In this document: piece by piece, positions 25,963 to 35,519 of the stretch
How the letters are laid out: each line of letters opens with the position of its first letter
Position numbering within the stretch: position 1 is the first letter of the stretch
Assembly: GCA_964399335.1 (NCBI GenBank)
Contig: CAYNQI010000008.1
Coordinates: 1-44,575 of the forward strand
Length of the DNA stretch: 44,575 nucleotides
Source: an uncultured Thermoplasmata archaeon
GTDB lineage: Archaea > Thermoplasmatota > Thermoplasmata > Halarchaeoplasmatales > Halarchaeoplasmataceae
Direction of reading: 5' to 3'
The notes under the pieces: generated by a model
Told to the model about the DNA's origin: nothing
Seen by the model: the letters and a program-made list of their open reading frames with translations, nothing else
Databases searched by the model: none
Made by a program: the position numbers and the translations under genes

Positions 25963-26922
25963 ATGGAACCTGATAGAAACATATATCGTTCAGAACGGTT
26001 GAAATGGAAACTCATATCCGAACACAAAGACCATCGCCTGGAAGAACTCATCGACGGTGATATAAAAGAGAACACAGAAGGGGAATTTTATGAATTAATA
26101 GATGAATTTAGTTTGAACTTCAATATAAAAGACTGTAAATTCGTTGAAAACGAATTACTCTCCGACTTGAAATTAGTTCCTGGGATAGGTAAAAAGACCG
26201 AGGAGAAACTAAAAAGAAAAGGTGTTCAGAATCAACACGACTTAAAGAATAATGAACGGTTTTGTAGTCATGTAGAAGAGATAATCGATGAGGTAGAATG
26301 TAGAGATTTAAAAAGATTACAAAAAAGGGTCGAAAAGTGCTATCCATTGAATCATCCATTAAATCAAAAACTTGTTGAATTCTCTGACAAAAAGGATCTA
26401 CTTTTTTTTGATATCGAAACTATGGGATTGAGATATTGTCCCGTATTCCTCATAGGCATCGGAATTTATTCGGATGATTGTCTTAAAATTAAGCAGTTAC
26501 TAGCTAGGAATTTGAAGGAAGAAAAAGCGATCATCCAGGAATTCTTAAACATCTCTGAGAGGTTTACCAGTTTTGTAAGCTTCAACGGTAGAAGTTTCGA
26601 CAGTAGATTCATTTCCGAGAGGATGAAAAATTATGGTTTGGAAGGGGATCTTGATAAACCTCACTTCGATGTTCTACATTTTTCTAGAGGAGTATGGAAA
26701 AAAGGTGTTCCAAATCACAAGTTGGGAACTTTAGAAAAGCATGTTTTGAACAAAGAGAGAGAAAACGACGTATCAAGTGCAATGGTACCACAGTTTTACA
26801 AGATCTATCTTAAAAAAAGTAATCCGGGTCCTTTGATTCCGATAATAGAACACAATAAAGAAGATATAATATCTACAGCACAGTTGTTGGATGTGATCTG
26901 TAACGGTAAAGATGAATCTTGA
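25963..26922 (+). CDS. RNase H-like DEDD exonuclease family (YprB-like) with HhH motif
   Basis: VPGIGKKT (HhH), FFDIETMGL, SFNGRSFD, HFDVLH, LGTLEK, HNKEDI. Confidence 0.88.
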   Translation: MEPDRNIYRSERLKWKLISEHKDHRLEELIDGDIKENTEGEFYELIDEFSLNFNIKDCKFVENELLSDLKLVPGIGKKTEEKLKRKGVQNQHDLKNNERFCSHVEEIIDEVECRDLKRLQKRVEKCYPLNHPLNQKLVEFSDKKDLLFFDIETMGLRYCPVFLIGIGIYSDDCLKIKQLLARNLKEEKAIIQEFLNISERFTSFVSFNGRSFDSRFISERMKNYGLEGDLDKPHFDVLHFSRGVWKKGVPNHKLGTLEKHVLNKERENDVSSAMVPQFYKIYLKKSNPGPLIPIIEHNKEDIISTAQLLDVICNGKDES

Positions 26923-26980
26923 AAAGACCTATGATCCCATTCAAAATTCATTTTTAAGAATATTTTTAGATATCAGAATC

Positions 26981-26991
26981 TATAGTGTTCC
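26981..26991 (+). repeat. 11-bp direct repeat, copy 1 (TATAGTGTTCC)
   Basis: Identical to 29961-29971. The pair brackets the GLUG gene. Confidence 0.6.
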
Positions 26992-27046
26992 TAAGCTATT
27001 TATAAGGATAAATTGATTGTATTCATGTATAATAAGGGGAATATTG

Positions 27047-29758
27047 ATGAATAATAAAGCAGTTATCTTGGCTATTTTTCTACTTATAAATACTGGCACG
27101 ACTATCGGGATAGGATATAGTTCAACAATTGAAGAAGTCAGGGTGAATGAGAATCTAGATGATTACGAGAATGCAGTGGAAATTTCCGATTGGTATGATT
27201 TACATGAAGTAAAGAACGGTTTAGATGGAAATTACATCTTGATGAATGATTTAGATGAAGGTTCAGAGGGTTACGATGAATTAGTCGACTATTGGACCGG
27301 ATGGAATCCTATAGGTGAGGATTTCGCTAATTCTTTCAAAGGTGTCTTCGATGGCAATGGGTATGAGATAAGAGATCTCTTCATAAATCGAACAATTACT
27401 GATCGTGTAGGCTTATTCGGTAGAATTAATCAGGAGGGAAAAATTTTCAATTTAGGAATCAAAGATGCAGATGTGACTGGTGATACTCGAGTGGGTATGC
27501 TCGCCGGAGAAAATAGTGGAACGATCAAAAATACGTTTGCAATCGGAGAAGTAAATGGAGAGAGTCATGTTGGCGGTCTCGTAGGTCTGAACAATATAGG
27601 GAAAATAGAGAACTCTTATGCTATAGGTAATGTGAATGCAGATGACCGTATTGGAGGACTTTTAGGATTTGCATATGGCGGTAGCGTCGAGAACTCATAT
27701 TACCACGAGGATATGCCTGAATGTCATCATCACAGAGAAGGTAGTTGGCCATTAAATGATGATGAGTTCAATTCTATTAGCACATTCGAATCAGCTGGAT
27801 GGAATATACAGATGGTTGAAACGGAAAGGGACTATCCATTCCTTTCAAATAAAAGTAATGAAGAAAACCCAATATGGTTAATTAAAGAGAGCAATGTAAG
27901 TTATGATTTAACCATAACAATAGATGGGATCGGGACCACTTACCCTCTTGAAGGAACCCATTCGTACTATGAGAATGGAAAGATACGCCTAGAAGCAATA
28001 CCTGAAGAAGAACACTATTTCTTCAGGTGGACCGGAGATGTTGAATCTAAAGATAATTATACTTCAGTAACAATGGATGAAGATAAATCTATAACGGCCC
28101 ATTTTAAGAACATACCTTATGAAATCCGCAACTGGGAAGAATTGTATCTTGTGAGACTTGATCTAGAAGGTAATTTTACTCTGATGGATGATCTAAATAA
28201 GGATACAGATGGGTATGATGAATATGTTGATACAAATGATGGTTGGAAACCTATAGGATATGATAGGGATCCATTTACAGGTAGATTTGACGGTAATGGA
28301 CATATAATTAGTGACCTATACATCAATCGGCCTGATGAGGATTACGTAGGTCTTTTCGGCGAAGTTCAAAATTCTAATTTGACTGATTTATTGATTAAAA
28401 ACGCAGAGGTCAAAGGAGATCAACATGTGGGTGGGATTGTTGGTTATAACCGAGAAAGTTCTGTAACCGATTCGTCTGCAGAAATATATGTGAGCGGGTC
28501 TGGATTCGTAGGGGGACTCATTGGAAGAGTTAAAGAAGGGGTGGTATCAGAGTCAAATTCCACAGGAAACGTAAACGGATACGGTCTGGTTGGGGGACTT
28601 ATTGGTGAAAATTATGAGGGATTTATTTCAGAATCTCATTCGAAAGCAACAGTGAACGGGGACAATTCAATCGGTGGACTAGTAGGTGAAAACTATTTCG
28701 GTGGAATATCTGAATCATATTCAACTGGTGATGTTTATGGGAAGGATTGGGTAGGTGGATTAGTAGGATTAAATTATAAAGCTGCTATTATAGATTCTTA
28801 CACATATAGTGATGTAATAGGTGATAATAGTCGTATCGGAGGGATCGTTGGAAGAAATTCTGAAGGCTCAGTATTACGATCATATTCAACAGGAAATATT
28901 ACTGGAAAAGATTTCGTGGGTGGATTTGCTGGAGAAAACTTTGAAGGTACAATAGATAACTCTTTTACAACAGGGAATGTGATCCGGGACTCAGGAGTAG
29001 GAACAAACTTTGGAGGTTTTGTAGGGAGGAATACTGCAAAGGTTACAAATAGTTACTCAACTGCAAGAGTCATCTATGAAGGAGAAAACAATCCAACAGA
29101 TAAGGGCTTCGCTGGAAGTTCTACAGAGAACGAAGAAATGTCGGGCAATTATTGGAATACCGAAACTAGTGGGCAATCAGAGACGGCAGGAGAAGCTTCA
29201 GGTAGAACAACTAATGATATGACCTGGGAATATGAGGACACATACCTAGAATGGAATTTTCAGGAGATATGGAGAGATGGTTACCACGAAATAGTGAAAG
29301 ATAAAGAAGGAAACACAGGTTATCCCGCTTTAAAATGGCAAAGATATATAGAAAGACCCTTCTTCGATATAGAAGTTATAGACTATGAAAGTACAATAAA
29401 AGAAGGGGAAGAAGTTACCGTGAAATACCACGTGGAAAACACAGGTGGAGTTGAAGGTACACGGGACATATTGTTAACAGTGAATGACGATCTAGAAAAG
29501 ATTATTTTTAATGAATTGATCCTTGATGTTGAAGAAAGTTACAGTGGGGAGTTCACATTGCAAACAATAGAAACCGGAGAATTTAAACTTGAAGTACATA
29601 CTGAATACGACGGAGAACAAGATGAATTCATGTTGAATATTGAGGAAGATGATGATCACACATTTTTATCAGCCCACTGGTGGTTAATTATTCCTATACT
29701 CACGGCTGTAGTCGTAGTAATTGGTTTAAAACTTAGAGAGAATAGAAAGAGTTCTTAA
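27047..29758 (+). CDS. Large cell-surface protein with two GLUG-motif beta-solenoid regions, an InlB-B-like repeat, a CARDB/Ig-like domain and a C-terminal TM anchor
   Basis: Signal peptide, repeated VGGLVG.N motifs, duplicated GW.PIG....F.G.FDGNG..I.DL.I, FRWTGD, V.NTGG.EG, C-terminal WWLIIPIL...K.R. Confidence 0.88.
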   Translation: MNNKAVILAIFLLINTGTTIGIGYSSTIEEVRVNENLDDYENAVEISDWYDLHEVKNGLDGNYILMNDLDEGSEGYDELVDYWTGWNPIGEDFANSFKGVFDGNGYEIRDLFINRTITDRVGLFGRINQEGKIFNLGIKDADVTGDTRVGMLAGENSGTIKNTFAIGEVNGESHVGGLVGLNNIGKIENSYAIGNVNADDRIGGLLGFAYGGSVENSYYHEDMPECHHHREGSWPLNDDEFNSISTFESAGWNIQMVETERDYPFLSNKSNEENPIWLIKESNVSYDLTITIDGIGTTYPLEGTHSYYENGKIRLEAIPEEEHYFFRWTGDVESKDNYTSVTMDEDKSITAHFKNIPYEIRNWEELYLVRLDLEGNFTLMDDLNKDTDGYDEYVDTNDGWKPIGYDRDPFTGRFDGNGHIISDLYINRPDEDYVGLFGEVQNSNLTDLLIKNAEVKGDQHVGGIVGYNRESSVTDSSAEIYVSGSGFVGGLIGRVKEGVVSESNSTGNVNGYGLVGGLIGENYEGFISESHSKATVNGDNSIGGLVGENYFGGISESYSTGDVYGKDWVGGLVGLNYKAAIIDSYTYSDVIGDNSRIGGIVGRNSEGSVLRSYSTGNITGKDFVGGFAGENFEGTIDNSFTTGNVIRDSGVGTNFGGFVGRNTAKVTNSYSTARVIYEGENNPTDKGFAGSSTENEEMSGNYWNTETSGQSETAGEASGRTTNDMTWEYEDTYLEWNFQEIWRDGYHEIVKDKEGNTGYPALKWQRYIERPFFDIEVIDYESTIKEGEEVTVKYHVENTGGVEGTRDILLTVNDDLEKIIFNELILDVEESYSGEFTLQTIETGEFKLEVHTEYDGEQDEFMLNIEEDDDHTFLSAHWWLIIPILTAVVVVIGLKLRENRKSS

Positions 29759-29960
29759 TAGGTTCTCAAAACAACTAATAAACAATGATACTATCGTTAA
29801 TTGAGAGAATTATAGTGGAAGTCATCCAGGATTAATATACTTGTGTCTCTCTGTTTTCTTTTGAAAACGCTCGAGACAAATCATCTTTGTAATTCGATTT
29901 TGTCATCCACTGCTATTCAAAGACACTAAAAGTTGTTTCTTTTACTATAATAGGGATTAA

Positions 29961-29981
29961 TATAGTGTTCCCGTCGGGATT
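29961..29981. repeat. Direct-repeat copy 2 overlapping a duplicate of the tRNA-Glu 3' end (att-like)
   Basis: TATAGTGTTCC at 29961-29971. TGTTCCCGTCGGGATT at 29966-29981 matches TGCTCCCGTCGGGATT at 30083-30098 in 15 of 16 positions. Confidence 0.75.
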
Positions 29982-30082
29982 CTGTGAGCAATACTTCGTA
30001 AAACTCATTATTGCTTACGCTCGTTAAAAAGTAAATTTTTAACTCGTGAAACAAATCCCTCTGGTCGCAAAAAAACAAAAAA

Positions 30083-30157
30083 TGCTCCCGTCGGGATTTG
30101 AACCCGAGTGTTTGGCTCGAGAGGCCAAAATGATTGGCCGGACTACACTACGGGAGC
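30083..30157 (-). tRNA. tRNA-Glu (anticodon CTC), intronless, CCA not encoded
   Basis: GCTCCCG/CGGGAGC acceptor stem, TTGGC-CT CTC GA-GCCAA anticodon arm, GGTTCAAATCC T-arm. Confidence 0.97.
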
Positions 30158-30274
30158 GAGTTGTTGAAAAACCAGACCTGAACAGATACTATTCCAACAT
30201 TCCCTTACACCTATTTTTCATATATAATAATTTCCTTGAAAAAAGACTAATATCATATACGTGATTTAGTAACT

Positions 30275-31024
30275 ATGAAAGGAAAGTTGGAAGGGAAAAA
30301 AGCTATCGTAACCGGAGCTTCGAGAGGTATAGGAAGAGGTATAGCCGAGAAATTTGCCGAGGAAGGTGCTATAGTAGGGATCAATTATTATAAAAGTGAA
30401 GGAGAAGCACATGAAGTACTTGAATATGTGACTAGTAAGTCCGATGGAATACTACTGCAGGGAGATGTCAGTGATGAGAAAGACTGCGAAAATATGATTG
30501 ATAGATTTCTAGAAAAGTTCCAATCCATCGATATACTGGTCAACAACGCTGGTATCTACTACCGTAAAGACCTAGAAGAGTCAGAGATAGAGGATTATGA
30601 TAAGACCATGGATGTGAACGTCAGAGGTCCGTTCATATTGAGTAAACTATGCCTCTCATACCTAAAAGATTCTCAGGCAGGCAGGATCATCAACCTGTCA
30701 TCTCAGTTGGCCTTTAGAGGGTCAACTCACGGTACAGCCTATGTAACAAGCAAAGCAGCACTAGTGGGATTGACAAGAGCTTTAGCCTTGGAATTAGGGC
30801 CAGAAGGTATCACTGTAAATGGAATTGCACCTGGCACTATAGACACGGATATAATAGGAGATTACTCAGAAGAGAAAAGAAAACAACGAGCTGAGAAAAT
30901 ACCCGTAAAGAGGATCGGAAAACCAGAGGATATCGCAGAGGCAGCAGTCTTTTTAGCTTCGGATATGGGTTCTTATGTCAACGGAGATATCTTAGGGGTG
31001 AACGGTGGGTCTGCTCTCCATTGA
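30275..31024 (+). CDS. Short-chain dehydrogenase/reductase (FabG-like)
   Basis: TGASRGIG, NNAG, YVTSK, PGTIDTD. Confidence 0.92.
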   Translation: MKGKLEGKKAIVTGASRGIGRGIAEKFAEEGAIVGINYYKSEGEAHEVLEYVTSKSDGILLQGDVSDEKDCENMIDRFLEKFQSIDILVNNAGIYYRKDLEESEIEDYDKTMDVNVRGPFILSKLCLSYLKDSQAGRIINLSSQLAFRGSTHGTAYVTSKAALVGLTRALALELGPEGITVNGIAPGTIDTDIIGDYSEEKRKQRAEKIPVKRIGKPEDIAEAAVFLASDMGSYVNGDILGVNGGSALH

Positions 31025-31031
31025 ATCAATT

Positions 31032-31799
31032 TTATTCTATAACAGCTTCCTCTGGGATTATCATTGGACGTCCAGATCTATCGATTATATCTACTTTCAC
31101 ACCAAAGACTGATTCTATATTATTTGAATTTAAGACATCAACATCCCCGGCGGCAAATATTCTACCATCACTAAGCATCAATACCTTACTGCTGTACCTT
31201 GCCGCTAGATTCAGGTCATGCATGGTCATGACTACTGAGATCCCATCTTCTGTTTGTTTTTTTACAACATCTAACACTTCCAGCTGATGTTTAAGGTCAA
31301 GGTTGCTAGTTGGCTCGTCTAAAAGTAATATCTCTGGATTCTGGGCTACTGCTCTAGCGATCAACACTTTCTGTTTCTGCCCACCACTTATCTCACCTAT
31401 GTTCCGCATGGCGATCTCTTCAAGATTTAATCTTTCAATGGTGTGTGATACAATATCTAAATCTTTATCGCTCGGTTTCCAACCACCATGTGGTTTTCTA
31501 CCCATCAGCACAGTGTCGAAGACCGTCGTTGGAAAACTCTCAGCTCCGGATTGAGGCACATGACCTATCTTCCTAGCTATCTCCCTCATACTCAAGCCAT
31601 CTAACGACCTATCATCGATGTATATAGCCCCTCTTTGTGGTCTCAATATATTATTTATACACTTTAGTAGGGTAGTTTTCCCAGAAGCGTTAGGACCGAT
31701 GATAGTAAGCATATCGCCCTTTTCGACTTTAAAATCAACATCCTCCAAGACCGGATGACTGTTGTAGGAAAACTTGAGTCCGGCTATTCTCAGCTTCAC
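31032..31799 (-). CDS. FecE/BtuD-type ABC transporter ATPase
   Basis: GPNASGKT, ISGGQKQK, LLLDEPT, MHDLNLA. Confidence 0.95.
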   Translation of the reverse strand: MKLRIAGLKFSYNSHPVLEDVDFKVEKGDMLTIIGPNASGKTTLLKCINNILRPQRGAIYIDDRSLDGLSMREIARKIGHVPQSGAESFPTTVFDTVLMGRKPHGGWKPSDKDLDIVSHTIERLNLEEIAMRNIGEISGGQKQKVLIARAVAQNPEILLLDEPTSNLDLKHQLEVLDVVKKQTEDGISVVMTMHDLNLAARYSSKVLMLSDGRIFAAGDVDVLNSNNIESVFGVKVDIIDRSGRPMIIPEEAVIE

Positions 31800-32881
31800 C
31801 AGTATTCCCTCCCTTTTATGACCAGATAAATAAACAACGGCGCACCCAAGAATGAAGTCAATATACCAACAGGTAACACTATGGGAGATATTATAGTTCT
31901 TGCAACTGTATCAGAAGCCAACAACAACATGGCACCTACGACACAAGAAAACGGTATAAGATATCTTTCGTTCCCGCCGATGACCCTTCTTACCATATGA
32001 GGAACGACCAATCCAACGAAACCGATTATCCCCACAAAAGAGATTATAAGTGCAGTTACGAAACAAGAAATCAGCATACCCCAAAGCCTCAGTTTTTCGA
32101 CATCGATACCCAAAGCTTTGGCAGACTCATCACCAGAATCTAAAACTTCGTAATCCCAACTCTTCCAAAGAAAATATAACGTTGCCGGAACAACTGCTAT
32201 CAACATCAAACCTAGATCTGTCCAGCCCGCCCGAGCTACATCTCCGAAGGTCCAAAAGACTATAGAGGCGAGTTCTACATCATCTGCGAAGTACTGTAAA
32301 GCTGTGTAACCGGCTGTAAACAATGATCCTAGTGCCACACCGGTGAGTATCATAGTTGCCGGTGAAGCGTTTTTATATCTTGAAAGAAGAAGTATAACGA
32401 ATGTAGCAACGAGTGACCAGGCAAATGCTGATATCGTGACCAGATAAGGGTTATTAAGTATGACTGCATCGGCAGCCTGACTATGAGTTGTACCAGCTCC
32501 CAAAACGATGATGGAAAATGCAGCTCCAAAAGCTGCAGCATGAGATATCCCCAATGTGAAAGGAGAACCCAGTGGGTTTCTCAATATACTCTGCATGGCT
32601 GCACCAACGACAGCCAGTCCAGCCCCAGCAGCGATAGCAGCAAGGACTCTTGGGACACGCATGTTCCAAATTATCGTGTTCAACCGGCTACTGGTATTGG
32701 TTCCTAATAGTGTTGATACAGCTTCACGAATTGAAACATCGGCTGGACCTAGAGTCAGCGAAAATAGAGCTAGGGAAACAAGTAGAATAAATGACAACAA
32801 GAAGAAGAACACCCTCTTTTTAGAGTATTCTTTGTATTCACCCAATATTTCATCATTGATATCCTGTTCTTCGACTGCCAT
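31796..32881 (-). CDS. FecCD/BtuC-type ABC transporter permease
   Basis: MRVPR, LRNPLGSPFTLG, GIIGFVGLVVPHMVR, LPVG.LT...GAP.F. Confidence 0.95.
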   Translation of the reverse strand: MAVEEQDINDEILGEYKEYSKKRVFFFLLSFILLVSLALFSLTLGPADVSIREAVSTLLGTNTSSRLNTIIWNMRVPRVLAAIAAGAGLAVVGAAMQSILRNPLGSPFTLGISHAAAFGAAFSIIVLGAGTTHSQAADAVILNNPYLVTISAFAWSLVATFVILLLSRYKNASPATMILTGVALGSLFTAGYTALQYFADDVELASIVFWTFGDVARAGWTDLGLMLIAVVPATLYFLWKSWDYEVLDSGDESAKALGIDVEKLRLWGMLISCFVTALIISFVGIIGFVGLVVPHMVRRVIGGNERYLIPFSCVVGAMLLLASDTVARTIISPIVLPVGILTSFLGAPLFIYLVIKGREYW

Positions 32882-32897
32882 TTATGATAACCTCTCT

Positions 32898-33971
32898 TCA
32901 TCGATCATCTAGTTCAGTGAATCCACCTAGGTCTCTTTCCATATATTCGTATACAGGTTCGCCTACCAACATCTCATATATCTCATCGGCTTTTTCCTCA
33001 TGATCTACATCGATGAATCGTTCAGGATAAATAACTGAACCCACGTAAAAAGAACTAGCTAGCACAGTACAATAGTTTATGTGGTGCCAATTATATGGTA
33101 AAACACCATACAGATCTCCGTTCTGGAAGGCTTTCAACTCTTCATAATTAGAATTATCTAAATCGATGGTACCTCTAGTGTAACTTCCCATATCTACAAA
33201 GATTATGTCCGGATCCCATTCTAATATCTGCTCCTCATCGACCATCGCATGATCTATCTCCAGATCTCCAGCGACATTATCTGCACCTACAAATTCGAAA
33301 GGGGCGTAATTTCCGTATGTACTTCTCAGATCATGAGCCCCACGATGCAGCACTCCTCCAACGTAAACTTCAGGCTTCTCTTCAGATGATATATCATACG
33401 TTCTATCTCTAAGGTCTTGTATAGTCGAATCGATAAAGTCTATTATCTCATCAGCTCTATCCTCTTTGTCCAAAATCTCTCCTAACAACCGTAAGCTGCC
33501 ATAGAACTCATCTCTATTTTCACCTAGATCGCCTATGGCTAGATCTATCGTTGGAATTCCCGTCTGTTGCTGATAATCATCAGCTTCATCGGCACTAGAA
33601 GCTCTGAAAATTAAATCCGGTTCCCGATCAACGATCAGTTCCATATCCCCTCCGTGTATTGGGCCTATCGACGGGAGTTCTGATAACTGAGGATCTGCTA
33701 AAGCATAAGGTCGTCCAGTAGAACCTCCTGTGATCTCATACTCTTCCACACCTGCAAGTAGATCCGTTGCCTCCATGTATGCTATCAGCCTCAAACATCC
33801 AGATCCTACTGCAACGATGCTTTCTACATTTTTTGGAATTTCAACATCTCTATCGGCCATATCGGTGACGGTCACAGTTTCGATATCTTTTTCTTCGTTT
33901 TCAATACATCCAGTAAATGTAAGAGATAATAATAAAATTATTATCACACCTAAACCTGCTATTTTGTGCAT
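32898..33971 (-). CDS. Helical-backbone (FecB/BtuF-type) substrate-binding lipoprotein
   Basis: Lipobox FTGC, TVTDMADR.V.IP, EQILEWDPDIIF. Confidence 0.92.
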   Translation of the reverse strand: MHKIAGLGVIIILLLSLTFTGCIENEEKDIETVTVTDMADRDVEIPKNVESIVAVGSGCLRLIAYMEATDLLAGVEEYEITGGSTGRPYALADPQLSELPSIGPIHGGDMELIVDREPDLIFRASSADEADDYQQQTGIPTIDLAIGDLGENRDEFYGSLRLLGEILDKEDRADEIIDFIDSTIQDLRDRTYDISSEEKPEVYVGGVLHRGAHDLRSTYGNYAPFEFVGADNVAGDLEIDHAMVDEEQILEWDPDIIFVDMGSYTRGTIDLDNSNYEELKAFQNGDLYGVLPYNWHHINYCTVLASSFYVGSVIYPERFIDVDHEEKADEIYEMLVGEPVYEYMERDLGGFTELDDR

Positions 33972-34660
33972 CAGTTATCACCTGCCTTATGGATTCCAAA
34001 ACCAGTCAATTCTAAATGACCCTCACCTAAACAACTTAAACAAAAGATGTTACCATCTCTTTCAACTGTCCTACTAGCCATCACTTTCTCTCCGCACCCA
34101 CTGCAGACATAACTCTCGTGGATAGGTGCATATTCCGGTATATCTACCTCCACTTCTTCAAATTCGAATATCTTGTCTGGATCTGTATGTACCACAGCTA
34201 TGGAAGCCTTCTCAGAAAGGGTCAGTAGTTTCTCTTTATCGTCCTCGTCTCCTTCTCTTTTTGTAACGACCTTTTCGAACAGCTCGGAGAAATCCTCTAC
34301 TTTATCGTTCCAGTGCTCCGAAGCATCGTTCTTGACTCTAGCCCGAAGTCCGTTTCCATCCCTATCTGTTAAAGTGAAGGCGGTTTTACCAATATCTTTG
34401 AAGATGAGTGAATTGTTTCCAAAAGTACATCCTGTGACGAACTGGACTCCATCTGAAGAACAATTATTGGTTTCAACGATAACTAAAATATCTTCCATAC
34501 CGTCTGATCTTAGACCCATCCTTTTTACGAGCTCGTAACTTCCCTTGACACCCAATGCTAATCCGGGACAATAATGACCATGAAGAACAGCAGCTCTGTG
34601 AAGTAAACTTTCTACATCTCCATTATCAATGATCTCCCAAATTTCTTTTCTCGTTTTCAT
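33971..34660 (-). CDS. FmdE-family protein with a C-terminal Zn finger
   Basis: LHGHYCPGLALG, ETNNCSSDGVQFVTGCTFGN, CSGCGE...CLSC. Confidence 0.93.
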   Translation of the reverse strand: MKTRKEIWEIIDNGDVESLLHRAAVLHGHYCPGLALGVKGSYELVKRMGLRSDGMEDILVIVETNNCSSDGVQFVTGCTFGNNSLIFKDIGKTAFTLTDRDGNGLRARVKNDASEHWNDKVEDFSELFEKVVTKREGDEDDKEKLLTLSEKASIAVVHTDPDKIFEFEEVEVDIPEYAPIHESYVCSGCGEKVMASRTVERDGNIFCLSCLGEGHLELTGFGIHKAGDN

Positions 34661-34677
34661 TTTATATAACTACTCCT

Positions 34678-34752
34678 GTAACACGAATACTAAATAGGTG
34701 TTAATGTTAAGTATTTCGGTAAAGGTGTCACAAATAACATATAGTCGTGACA
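34678..34752. promoter_or_regulatory. Candidate NikR operators between divergent fmdE and nikR
   Basis: TAACAC-N13-GTGTTA (34679-34703) and TGTCAC-N15-GTGACA (34726-34752). Confidence 0.55.
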
Positions 34753-34772
34753 ACAATAACACGCCGATATGC

Positions 34773-35180
34773 ATGGAAGATAACACGACGAGGTTTGGAG
34801 TATCCGTTCCGAAGGGATTGCTGGAAAAATTTGACAAAAAGATAGAAGAAAAGATGTACTCAAATAGGTCTGAAGCTATCAGAGATCTTATCAGGGATTT
34901 TTTAGTCGAAGAGAAATGGAAAGAATCCGATGAAGAAGTATATGGATCTTTGACTCTGATCTTCGATCACGAAAAAAGGGGGATATCGGACAAATTAACT
35001 GAACTTCAGCATCAAGATCATGCGCACATAGTTTCAACCATGCACATTCATCTAGACAAACACAACTGCATGGAGACCATGGCTATTAGAGGGAAACCAC
35101 ATCATATCAAGAGGATCGCTGACAAGCTGATAAGTACTAAAGGTGTGAAGCACGGTAAATTGATGATGACATCCGTTTAA
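34773..35180 (+). CDS. nikR: Nickel-responsive regulator NikR
   Basis: RFGVSVP RHH domain, [11 protein letters not shown], and Ni ligands QH...HIH.....C. Start moved to ATG 34773. Confidence 0.96.
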   Translation: MEDNTTRFGVSVPKGLLEKFDKKIEEKMYSNRSEAIRDLIRDFLVEEKWKESDEEVYGSLTLIFDHEKRGISDKLTELQHQDHAHIVSTMHIHLDKHNCMETMAIRGKPHHIKRIADKLISTKGVKHGKLMMTSV

Positions 35181-35227
35181 ATGCAAAAGATTTATCCTTT
35201 ATAACCTCTTTAATATATTGTGATATC

Positions 35228-35500
35228 ATGATAAGAAAGCATGTCTATTTCAGTGGGAAAGTTCAGGGTGTATTCTTTAGGGCAAATACCAAAGAAAAGG
35301 CTCAAGAATTCGGCGTTAAAGGTTGGGTTAAAAATTTGATCGACGGCAGGGTCGAAGCTGTTTTCGAAGGTGAAGAGGAGAATGTAAACAAGTTGATCAA
35401 ATGGTGCAAGAACAACCAGCCACATGCACGAGTCGATAATGTAAAAGTAGAAACTAAAGAACCTACTGGTAAGTTCGATAAATTTTTCATCAAACGTTAA
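35228..35500 (+). CDS. acyP: Acylphosphatase
   Basis: GKVQGVFFR, GWVKNLIDGRVE. Confidence 0.96.
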   Translation: MIRKHVYFSGKVQGVFFRANTKEKAQEFGVKGWVKNLIDGRVEAVFEGEEENVNKLIKWCKNNQPHARVDNVKVETKEPTGKFDKFFIKR

Positions 35501-35519
35501 AAACTAGGTATATTAGAGA

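Noticed and set aside
27047-29758. GLUG repeats as a CRISPR array or DGR template/variable repeats
   Set aside because: They are degenerate in-frame protein repeats. There are no identical spaced DNA repeats, adenine-specific variants, cas or RT genes.
29770-29937. Possible MITE with AAACAACT/AGTTGTTT ends
   Set aside because: Only about 8 AT-rich bp, with no target-site duplication and no second copy in the window.
30046-30264. 72-aa ORF
   Set aside because: It overlaps tRNA-Glu on the opposite strand and is spurious.
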